DNA of 64,000 nucleotides from Lama guanicoe. Its lineage: Eukaryota. Both the position numbers and the translations under genes were made by a program. The DNA lies in assembly GCA_013239625.1 (NCBI GenBank), contig MU053994.1, forward strand, positions 4,321,434 through 4,385,433. The letters are read 5' to 3'. Under the pieces are notes generated by a model. The model made no database searches, was not told the origin of the DNA, and worked only from the letters and a program-made list of their open reading frames with translations. Numbering within the stretch: position 1 is the first letter of the stretch; each line of letters opens with the position of its first letter. This document shows positions 36,801 to 47,815 of the stretch, piece by piece.

Positions 36801-37769
36801 GGGAAAACAAAAAACATTGCCAGTTTGTAGTCTTGCCAGAGAAAGAGGTTTACCCTCAGTTTAGTCTAGTTTTATCCACCCCTCTCAGCAGGGCACTTTC
36901 TACCTTCCCTTGCTGAAAACATCCTGTATTGCAAAAACCTCCACTGCTTATTCATTCTCATGTACAAAGAACTTGTTTCATGTCCACTGTAGAAATAGCA
37001 GCTGGCAAGAATGGACACGGGTTTCAGATGACCTTGTCCATTTCCCTGCATCTGTCTACGACCAGAAGGGCCTGGGAGAAATTCAGGACTAATCTCAAAT
37101 GTTTTTTGTTTCACTTGGTTCTCAGATATACAAAGGTTAAGAACTCAGTGTGGTAGGAGCATCTACACACATTTCTAAAATTTTTATCTATATTTTCTAT
37201 CGAAGTCAGACTTACCAGAGGCAAACAATTATTCAGTTCCCTTTGGGGGACTTGATAGTATTTTAGAAGAATTTGTTAAATTCCCCTTACAGAAATCACT
37301 AGAATCACAAAGAGCTTTCTTGTGTCCTAAGGCATTTGACAGTCTTTCATGGTAATGATCCTCATCCAGTTTTGTTTTAGTTTTTGCCAAACTGAAGGAC
37401 CTTTACCTCTTTATATAGATAACTTTGAAGACTTAAACATACCCATACTCATATAGATACATTCCTTTGGCAAGAAATGTAAATTACCACCTTCTCTAAC
37501 CCATTGACCTTCTCTGAAGTTAAGTGTTAAATGTTCTGAAAGAAAGTTTATCAATGAGACATCACTCACCAATCCCCTAGAGGAAGGAAGTTCTCCTGGA
37601 GAATGAGAAAGAGAAAATCACGAACAAAGGCTATTATTGATTAACCGGTGCAAGTCAAACCCCCCAACCTGCCATAGTTCTGAAAATGTGAAAAGGAAAT
37701 GCTCTTGTCTTAATTTGTGTGCAAGAATCATCAAAAACATTAAATTGATTCCTAAGTCCTTTTAACCCA

Positions 37770-37978
37770 AACCCAATACCTTTGTCAACATCCTTGCTTT
37801 ATGGTATGGCAAGATTTTCCAAGTTTTGCTTGCACATTTCCTGCCCCAGAGCTAGAAATAGCCATTTTTCCAAAGCCATTGTTCTCTTTAATGAGAAATG
37901 ATATTTACCACAATTCAGGTAACAGAAATACTCATTGCTATTAGATTGCACACTGTTTTTGGCCTTTTTGGACAGCAA
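37770..37978 (-). mobile_element. L1MC 3' UTR fragment
   Basis: GGTATGGCAAGATTTTCCAAG...TTTCCTGCCCCAGAGCTAGAAATAGCCATTTTTCCAA; homologous to about 58020-58130 in reverse. Confidence 0.65.
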
Positions 37979-38000
37979 AGAACCATATGAACCATATGGT

Positions 38001-38079
38001 TTTGAACCATATGAAACTGCCTTTTCTATAAACAAAAAGTGGTTAAACTATCAGCAGTTTCATGTGGCTTGACCTAATA
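38001..38079. mobile_element. MADE2-like mariner MITE
   Basis: TTGAACCATATGAAACTGCC ... GCAGTTTCATGTGGCTTGACCTAATA inverted termini, about 80 bp. Confidence 0.75.
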
Positions 38080-38362
38080 TTTTTAAGAGAAAATATATCA
38101 TAAGTTCATCTAATTCAAATTGTATTTTTAGGGCTTTATTTCAGGGAGGGGAACTGGATAGAGATATAGACAAAATACAACTTTCCATCTATTAGTTGTT
38201 GAAGCCAAGCAATAGGTCCATGAATGATTATAAGCTTTTCTTTAGAGTATGTTGGAAAACTGTCATAATATGAAGCATTAAAGAGGGCTCTATAGGAATA
38301 GCAATGCTAGTGAGTGATATTGACGATGTATATAAAAGGTTTGAATAAAAGTATTTCATGAA

Positions 38363-38447
38363 GCAGCACTATTTACAATACCCAAGATATGGAAGCAGCC
38401 TATAAATGTCCATTGATAGATGACTGGATAAAGAAGTTATGGTGTGG

Positions 38448-38489
<42 letters not shown>

Positions 38490-38939
38490 ATGGAATACTA
38501 CTCAGCCATAAAAAAGAATGAAATAATGCCATTTGCAGCAACATGGACAGAACTAGAGATTGTCATACTAAGGGAAGTAAATCAGACAAAGACAAATATC
38601 ATATATCACTTATATGTGGGCTCTAAAATATGATACAAATGAACTTATTTATAAAACAGAAACAGACTCACAGACATAGAAAACAAACTTATGGTTACCA
38701 AAGGGGAAAGGGGTGGGGAGAGGGATAAACTAGGAGTCTGGAATTTGCAGATACAAACTACTATGTATAAAATGGATAAATGATAAAGTCCTACTGTATA
38801 GCACAGGGAACTATATTCAATAGCTTGTAATAACTGATAATGAAAAAGAATATGAAAATATATATGTAAAACTGAATCACTATGCTGTACACCAGAAGCT
38901 AATACATTGTAAATCAACTATACTTCAATTAAAAAAAAA
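38363..38939 (+). mobile_element. Young 5'-truncated L1 3' end
   Basis: ORF2 tail MEYYSAIKKNEIMPFAATW; 3' UTR to AATCAACTATACTTCAATT followed by poly-A; (CA)n at about 38453-38488. Confidence 0.95.
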
Positions 38940-40959
38940 GACCAAAGTAAAGAAGACAGTGATAACATTGAAGAAAAACATTTCATGAAATAAGAGCAGG
39001 AAAAATTATAAAGCATTGTATATATTTATATTTAAATTATAAAGCATTATATAATATTATTTAGAATGTGTGTATATGTATTTAAATTAATACATTGAGT
39101 ATTTTAGAACTTTGAAAATTGCAGCTATAGAACAGATACATACATACATATAAATGTATAGATAAATAGATATAGATAATGATCACATCTCTTTCGGGCA
39201 GAACCCTTTATTTAAGTCTCCAAGGTCTTCTGGGTAATCACTGTTTATTGCATTCAGAAGACTATTTGTGACCTTAAGTGAATAAAGACTCAACAAGTAT
39301 TTTTGGAGCATCTTTGATGTATACAACTGTGTGCTAAACTCACTGGGGGTGATATTAATTCATTTACTTATATTTATTTTAAAAGTTTATAAAGTAAGGC
39401 AAGATTACATAAGATAAACATAGATGAGAAAGAGAGGAGGAAAAGAAAGAAGAAAGATCATTTTTGGAAATTTGGATCCCCAAATGAGCTTAATGGAAAA
39501 CTGCATGTTACAAACTCCTAAACTATTGCTCTAGGTGGGCTTCAAGTTTCATTTCTGAGCTTTCCACTCATCAAAATGAAAAAGTCCAGCTTAATCAACT
39601 TCACAACTCATGATGATCACAAAATAAAACTAAACCAAATTCTATGCAGAAGTGCAGCAATTCGTGGTTTTAAAACAGAAAGATTCTCAAGATACAACTC
39701 TTTTTATGCAAAGCTGAAAAATTTCAGGCTTAACAAAGGAGCTTTGCAAAGAGGAAGAAGGTGGTCTTTTCATTTATTGTCATTTTCTAGATTAGAAAAC
39801 CAAGAAGTGATGTCTACCTGTATTACATTACAAGCCTCTTTGGTGGGAAGCAAAAGAAAGCAACTTACACTGGTCAAGTCAAACCTGAGGTGACATTGTA
39901 AATAGATAGAAATACTGAGGAGGAAATAATTGCCAGATCTCATGGAAACTGGTACAAGAAACTGAGAGCATGTGAGAGAATGACTCTTCTCTGATATTGA
40001 GAAAATCAGGTTGTTTTCTTTGTCCTTGAAAAACTGAATTGGTTCTGTTAGTCAGGGCTCTCTCATGGGCATTTGGTGAATCTACAGCCCTCCCCTTTCT
40101 GAAGACCAGTTTTTTGTGCTTCAGTTTTCTAATTCCCTCATGGCTTTGGCTTTATATGGTTCTGACTTCAGCACAGTAACTTCTAATTGGTTCACTCTAA
40201 GTAGATCAAACGGCTATGGGAGGGGGAAAGGAGTGTGTTGTGTGGTGAGCTGGTTTCTAGAGGAAGAGATGGCGGTGGGCTGGCAAACACTCCAAAAAGT
40301 TTTCCATAATGCATCATAGTTCCAGAATTATGTGTTTCAAATTCTGACCTTCAACTGAAATCCAACTTAGAGTTTGTGTGTAATCCAGGGAAACCAGAAA
40401 CTAATTTAGAGGGCCAGAATAAACTAGGGAATATGAGCAGAAGGAAGAACAATATTTCTTCTGAGTCTAGGCTTGCTGGCATAGCAAACACATTTGTTGA
40501 TAAAAGACGTTTTTCAATAAAATGCCAAAAGTAATAAATGGAAAACTCTTCCTAGCGCCTGTCTTAAGTAACTTTAGCAGTGAAATGCAGGCAATTTAAG
40601 GAATATTTTTCATGAGTCCTAAACTGCCAAAAAAAAACACAAACCTTATATGAAGTTAGTATATAAAGACGGAACCAGGCAGTTAGGGAGGAAGCCATGT
40701 CTTTTAATGAATATGCTCACCACATTATAGAAGGAATTTCTTTCTATGAAAGCTTGGTATCTAATCATTCTCCCAACAATTATCTTTTATTTGAATTCAG
40801 AAATTCTTCTTCTTTTTATAATAGCATATAAAAGATGTGTTTGTTCCAAAACAGGGGGGAATGTATTGCATCTATGATTATATGATGTGGTTAATGTCTA
40901 GTAACCGGCTAGTCAATAACAACAATTTGATCCTTAACAAATTATTATTTTGTAATCAA

Positions 40960-41655
40960 CAATGAACTTTGGGAAAACAGGAAACGTAAAGGTTAGAACC
41001 AGACCTCTGTGCCTCCTGATGTGATACAAACAAAAAGTCCACTGTCCACATATGGTGAATTCTTGCCTCCAATTTTGACTTGAGTTTAATTTGAAAATAA
41101 TCAGACCTGTAGATCTTATTTTTAGTTTTCAGGAAATACAGAGGATAAGAGAACAAATTCATCAAATCACCATGAGGAAACAGATACTTCTAGAAGGTGA
41201 GGCATTCAAAGGATAACTGGCCTGATAGTTTTTAACAAGTCAGTGTCATGGCAAAAGAAAGTGTGACAGCTGCTGTGGATTAAATGACTTTCGAGATCTC
41301 ACAAATAAATAAAATGTGCAGTCCTCGTTTAAAAAAACCCAGCCGTAGATGACGTTTTGGGGACAACTGGAGAAAATGGGAATACAAACCAGGGATTAGA
41401 TGATATCAGAAAAAAATACTTAATTATGTTAAGTGTGATAATAATGATACTGTGCCTGTGTGGGAGCGTGTCCTCTTTAGAGATGTAAATGGAAGCATTT
41501 TGGAATGAAATATCATGAAATCTGTCATTTATTTTAAAACACTTCATCAAAAATAGATGAGGAAACATGGCAAAATATTAAAAATTGGTAATTCTAAGTT
41601 TTGGATAAATGGGTTCATTACACTGTCTTCTTCACGTTTCAAAGTTTTCATAACA
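40960..41655 (+). mobile_element. Old L1MC/ME 3' UTR
   Basis: GGATAACTGGCCTG, TTTTGGGGACAACTGGAGAAAATGGGAATA...ATTAGATGATATCAG. Confidence 0.6.
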
Positions 41656-42568
41656 ACGGATTCTTTAAAAGAATCCCAAATTTTATAAGCTCTTAAATTC
41701 TAATGAGAAAATCAGGGTCAGATAAACAAGAAAAACTGGGGATCAGTTAAAATGTACGAACTATTAGTTTCATTTTCATTCTCTCTGTCAGTGAACCTAT
41801 AATTTTCCATAATTTCGAGTAGGCTGAAAAGAACATTATAAGTAGCTCCGGAACTGTATTCTTTCCTTTGTTAATCAACTTACATTACCTTTTTACTCAA
41901 AAGGGAAAATATTATGTTGGTGTCCATTTCCATTATCTTCAATCTCACAAAAATGGAAGGTAATAACATGGCAGATAGCCTAAAATCCTTTGCAGAAGTT
42001 AATATGCTGTAAACACAGACATGTTACTCTTCTGTTTACTGAAGCACCCCATTGGTGGTTTTACAATCCAAAAATGAGTGAGCATTTTCAAGGGAAATCC
42101 TGGTTACATTCATGGAATTCTCATTTAGTCTTATGTGAGAAGCCTTCTGAGACTTGAGTTCAATGATTTTATATCCTGTTATTGTCATAGCTTTCAGGTC
42201 AGAGGCTTTGCTTTCCTGATAGCAGTTTGACTGAATTGCTTATTTTGCATCGTTGGTATCATTTGGTATATGTGTGTTAGAAAGGAGGTTATCTGGATAT
42301 TGTCATGTGGGATATTACCTTGATGCAACAGTGGAGTGGCCTTCATGTAGACTCCTTCAGAGGCCAAGAAACAGAAAGGCTCTTGGACCAGATTCAGATG
42401 TGCAAATCACACAATTCATTAAAACAATTTAAAATACACAACGAGAAACAAGGGGAATGAGATGCGGTAGGTTCACATACTTTGGATGCGGTACCAGTGG
42501 CAAAAGGGCCACGTTACCTGAATCCTAGGTTAGGCAATGGTCTTGTCCTTCTCTCGCTTAAAAAAAAA

Positions 42569-42739
42569 TTTGCTTTTGTTTTTGTTTGGGGGTGGGTGAA
42601 GTGGAGGTAATTAGGTTTCTTTATATATTTTTAAATTAATTTTCTTAATTTTATTTTTTAGTGGAGGCACTGGGGATTGAATCCAGGACCTTGTGCATGC
42701 TAAGTATGCACTCATACCACTGAGCTATACCCTCCTCCC
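42569..42739 (-). mobile_element. Vic-1-like SINE, long-tail form
   Basis: GTGGAGGCACTGGGGATTGAATCCAGGACC...ACCACTGAGCTATACCCTCC; tail module GGAGGTAATTAGGTTT. Confidence 0.9.
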
Positions 42740-43984
42740 GCCTCTCTCTGCTGCATCTGTCTTCCCCACTGACAGTGTGGTTTTGAGGACCAGAGTTGAA
42801 GTACAAGCAAGGAGGACCACAGACAGAAGGGGCCCCGGGCCAATGGCACGCATTACTCTACCGGAGAGACACAGGGGAAGTGCACCCGGTCATAGCTGTA
42901 GCCCGCCAATAAGCCTGCTGAATAGTTATGGATTTTATCTGCATTTTTTGGGTAAAGCACACGTGGGGCCAGAATGGGACTATACTCACCAATGGATGGT
43001 TGATTTAGGAAAATGACATTGCTTCCAGCTATTTGTAAAGATTATGATTTGGTCTTTCCATCCCTTTGTAATGCTCAATAGACTTGATTTTTTTCAGTCA
43101 TAGACTGCATTTATTCTACCTTTAACATATCTCACAGGTCACCAAATTACTATAAATTTAACACATCTTCAGAGTTGGTGTCTCTCAAGCCATTTGCTTA
43201 CTCATTGTTGGTACTTTACGTAGCGTATGCATATGCGTGTTAAAGCTACTAGTTTCACTGCAATTTATGCTTGACACTTCTAATGAGTTTCAGTCATTCT
43301 GTTTGTTTTACTCTGGGACCACCAGTGGATGAATGAACCCATCTGGACTTACATATTTACCCATCTGTAAAACGAAGTGGAGGCAGGCGATCCTGGAGAC
43401 TCGGTCTTTTTGCCAACTACCCCTCCTTGTGCAGTTCTCAGAGGGTTAGATAATTTAGAATGTATAAAAGCAAAACAGAGGAATAAGCCTCTGTTTTCCA
43501 CATTGGGGAATAGGTTGGGAATGTAGAAGGCGTGACATTTAGCATTTCACACTGAGTAACAGTGATCATTTTACAATGATGACAATGATGGCAATGCTAT
43601 CTTATATTGTACCAAACAATACTGTTAAAGGGTTTTAAGTTAAATTACATTTGCTGACGACCAAAGCATCCATGTAAATTAACTTACAGAAGGTAATGAT
43701 GCCACTTTACAGACAAGGACATAATCAGGGGAAGTGAAATGACATGTGCTAATTTCAGGCCCCTCACTGACTGGACCATGTTCTTACAAATAAATACCTT
43801 TGTTACAAGGGGAGCTACCTCACAGCTGTTTCTGTTTTTCTTTAACACATTTATTTTCTAGCTCTGATTCCACATTTACCAAACAAACTTCCAACCTAGA
43901 ACTTTGTTTTCAGTTTGAGTGCTCAGTGTAGTCAGATCATTCTGGTTGCCGGGATATTATCTCGCCAGTATGTTTTATAATCAA

Positions 43985-44150
43985 TATTACTACACAGACT
44001 CATAAACTATAAGCTCAGTGGATACAGAGATCAAATTTGTTGGGTGACTATTTTATCCTCAGTGCCTTGCACCATGCTTGGTGCACTGTTAGTATTAAAA
44101 GGGCACTTTGTTGAATGAAAGAATGAATTAATAGATTAACTGATGAATGA
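43985..44150 (+). mobile_element. L2 3' end
   Basis: ACTATAAGCTC...TATCCTCAGTGCCTTGCACCATGCTTGG...TTTGTTGAATGAAAGAATGAA. Confidence 0.7.
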
Positions 44151-44964
44151 AAGGACAAAACCTGAAGTGGAAGGCTGGATTTCTCCCTTTTAAGTGCACC
44201 TAGCAAGCAAACAGAGAAACTAATTTAGAAACTAAGCTATTCTGTAGTGGGATGTCTGATGTTTTCCTCTCCTTGCGAAAACTCTGTTTTCACGACCTGG
44301 TACCTCGAGGTAGCTCTCCTGGTACCCAGAGGTGGTTATTTCTGTCCAGAACTGATATGTCCTTCCATGATCTGATAGTGATGGACTATCCAGCGATGAG
44401 TGACACCTGGTATGATGAATACAAAGAAGATCTTGGAACTCTGAAGTGTACCAAAGACCCAAGGTGCTCCATGCCAAGAGGAAGAAAATATCTTGCTCTC
44501 TCTTTGGAATATTAACTTTCTGCATGGCTACCAAAGCTGTCTGAATATAACCCAAGGCCATAAAATATTCAGGGATAAAGCTTATTCACTTTCCCACATT
44601 TCCCAGGATACATGGTATGGCTGGGCCAGGATACAAATTTGATTTTAGAAAATGCCATGCTGTCCTCAAAATCTCTCCACTGACAAAGCTTGTCAGAAAT
44701 CTGACTCTTCTTTTTGGCAAAATTCTCTCCCAAGAGACTTCAAATTCTCTTATATAAATGATCTCAATCACCTCACTCCTCCAGTTAAGGCTAAATCTTT
44801 GTACTGAAAACAGCAGAGGCCCTCTCCCTTTATTTCTTCCTCTTATTCTCTGCCACCCCCAAGTGCCCCACTCAGAATAATAATTTGGGAAATTTGTTTA
44901 TCTTTTTGACTACTGATCAATAGCAAAAGATAGCAGGAAAAAATGCTGGCAGAAGTGTAAATGA

Positions 44965-45515
44965 ATACAACTCTGTGATCCCAAAAGTCAGTTTATATGC
45001 ACATATGCACAAAAGAAGTGTATACATATACTTATCAAAAGATATATTCAAGGATATTATAATACTATTTGTAGTATCTCCAAAAGTCCCTCATCAGTGA
45101 AATAGAGAAATAAACCATAATATATTAAAAAAAATTAGAGTATTATGTAGCCATGAGAATGAATAATTTACAACTACACACAAAAATATGGATAATTCTC
45201 ACAACTTATTGTGAAAGAAGCCAGACACGAAAAGAGTACGTAATTATTCCATTCATACAAAGGTAAAAAAAAAACAGGTAAAACTAATCTGTGTGGTTAG
45301 AAGTTGGGCTGGTGGGTACCCTTGTGGAGAGGGTGGCGACTGGAAGGAACACTTCCAGTCCTTTGGAAGCATGTAGAATTCTGGTAACAGTCTATTCCTT
45401 CACTTGGGTGCTGGTTATACAGGTATGTTTGGCTTGTAAAACTTTATTGAGATGTACATTATGATTTATGTGCTTTTTTGTATATATAATGTACTTCAAC
45501 AAAAGATTTTTTTAA
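44965..45515 (+). mobile_element. L1ME-type 3' end
   Basis: GTGAAAGAAGCCAGACACGAAAAGAGTAC...ATTCCATTCATA...TTGGGTGCTGGTTATACAGGTATG. Confidence 0.75.
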
Positions 45516-46402
45516 AGATAGCCAGAACAAAATTTGTGTTCCGAATGAGAAAATAGGGCAGTGCATATACCACAAGGTGAATAATCAATAACACTGAAAT
45601 GGATAGAAGTGAAAAAATGAGAGCCATAACTTGTTATATGTAAATATGAGGTGAAATATCTTCTATCTTGATAAATGATAAAATACTTCTTCCACCCCTC
45701 CTTGTCTGATACCTCCTTCCCTCTTCTCTATTTATATTGGATGGGAATTTTGTATCAACCATATGAAAGCCTTAATGTATTTTTGTCAACATTGCTCTGA
45801 AGAAAAGATGCTAGTAGCTGGTTTTCAAATACACACATACACACATCCAAGCGCAAAGCACAGAAAAATTGATAAAATCAAAGTTCTACTGAGACTGCCT
45901 ATTTGTTAATTACTAATTAACTTTTTTTCTGATAGAAGGAAAATTGGTGATTGTCAAGTCTCCTGAAGCATTTACTTTCTTTTTTCCCTTTCTAGAAGGG
46001 AAGGATTGAAATGCTAAATCACCCTTTATAGAAGACATTAGTCTTTTCATAAGGAGCAAGAAATCCAACATGAAGTGGAATGACATTTTCTTTCTTTGTG
46101 TTTACTTTGCTGCTTTGCCTGATTAATGTTCTAATAAGAAGAGGAGAGAGAAGCAAGGAGAGCAGTTGATGCAGAAAGGTTTAATCAGTCCCAGAACACT
46201 CAGGATTCTCGTGTACCCTAGCTTACTTATATATGCCATCTTAGGAAGAATAAGACAATTCTGCCAAGACTTCTGCATGGGAGATTCGAATACCCAAGTG
46301 TAACGAAAAGAAGTCAAAGATAAGGCTGGTGCAGCTGAAGGGATTTTCTTAGGGTTTCCTAGTAGTGACATGTTTTGTTTCATACGAAAATTGTAAACTC
46401 TT

Positions 46403-46487
46403 GAAACTAACACAACATTATGAATCAACTATACTTCAATAGAAAACAAAAACATTACCCACCCCACCCCTACCCCCGCCCAAACCC
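46403..46487 (+). mobile_element. Very short L1 3'-terminal insertion with a C-rich appendix
   Basis: GAAACTAACACAACATTATGAATCAACTATACTTCAATA; TSD TGTAAACTCTT at 46392-46402 and 46488-46498. Confidence 0.8.
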
Positions 46488-46899
46488 TGTAAACTCTTAA
46501 TCTTGAAAGGACCTGAGGGGAAACTGTCCCAGTGGCCACATTATACTGTAGAAGAAATAAAATAATTTTCTTCAATGCTGAAATCTTCTTTTAGAGAATG
46601 TGTTACATATGAAAGTTAATGTCAAAATCTTTGTGCAAATTTTACCTATGTATTTGTCTTAGGCAAATATCAGCGGTTAGGGTCCACAGACTAAAATAGA
46701 CTTAAGTTATTAGCCTGACCCAAATCAAAAATTGAATTCAGCTTCCTGGAGATAAAAGGTATATACAATGAAACCCAGTACAGCCCCCTAACACTTAATC
46801 TTGTGGAAGTTTCCAGATGATTGAAGAAAGACTGTAATGTACATTTGTTTCCAGGGAACATGGCCGTCTGCTAGCATTTCTTTGGTCTTACTGAACAGG

Positions 46900-47250
46900 T
46901 TGGCTAATGACATTATGGGAGCTCGCTTCCGTGTACACGGATGCAACAGGAAGATGCAGAGAGCTAATGCCTCTCAGTTCAACCCTTAAACAACTGGGAG
47001 TTGGAGTTGGCAGAGAAATGCCCCAGCCTCTGTGGGGTGATTCTGGAATATATTCTATATACTCCATTCTCCCAGGGGGTTCCCAGCAGGATGGAGCCCC
47101 AGTGACTGCAGTAACCTGTCCTTTAACATGCCTTCTGTTGGCTTTTCTCTCCCCTTGTTTTTCTCCACTTCCTCACGTATGCCGCGTTAGATCACCTCCC
47201 TAATAAAATGCATCTCAAGATCTGCTTTCGGTCAGGAGTGGGGCAAATTA
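46900..47250 (+). mobile_element. LTR16-like (ERVL) LTR
   Basis: GGGAGTTGG...AAATGCCCCAGCCTC...TTCCCAGCAGGATGGAGCCCCAGTG...GATCACCTCCCTAATAAA. Confidence 0.7.
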
Positions 47251-47599
47251 TGAGAGCGGTAGTGGTTCCTAGATTGCCTGGGTGAATGAACTCCTCCATG
47301 CCCCTAGCCACAACCTCTCCAAATCAAAGGTAAACTCGATCCCAGTTCCTATTTCTGGGTGAAGGGAATGCTGCTGCTCTGGATGGTCTGAAGGCTCAAA
47401 GCCCTGTTTCAGCACCAGGGGTGATGTCAGAATTTATCTTTTGCCTGCAGCAAGTCTTGAGAGACCAACTGCAAAAATTCACAACTGAGGAATGGGACTT
47501 AAACGATCACTCTTTTATCATTCTGATGAATTTTTAAATGTACTTTTAAAGGAAGATTATTCATAAATTGGCCCAATTTTATATTTGTACTAATTAATG

Positions 47600-47815
47600 A
47601 CTCACGCATTCAGTTCTTGTGTTTATTTAACAAATACTGTAATTTCCTGTGTGTCAGACACTGCTAGACACCCGTGATACATCGATTAAAAACAGCATAC
47701 GTGGACCCCATTCTCACGGAACTTACATTCTATTAGGAGATGCAGACAATAAGCTACCAATGAGATAATCTACTTTTGAATTGTAACTGTGATAAGTGCC
47801 ATGAAAGATAATATA
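47600..47815 (-). mobile_element. L2 3' end
   Basis: TTTATTTAACAAATACT...TGTGTCAGACACTG...TCTCACGGAACTTACATTCTA. Confidence 0.7.

Noticed and set aside
45338..45360. 9-bp inverted repeat GACTGGAAG/CTTCCAGTC
   Set aside because: It lies inside an L1ME remnant and is most likely a local template-switch mutation.
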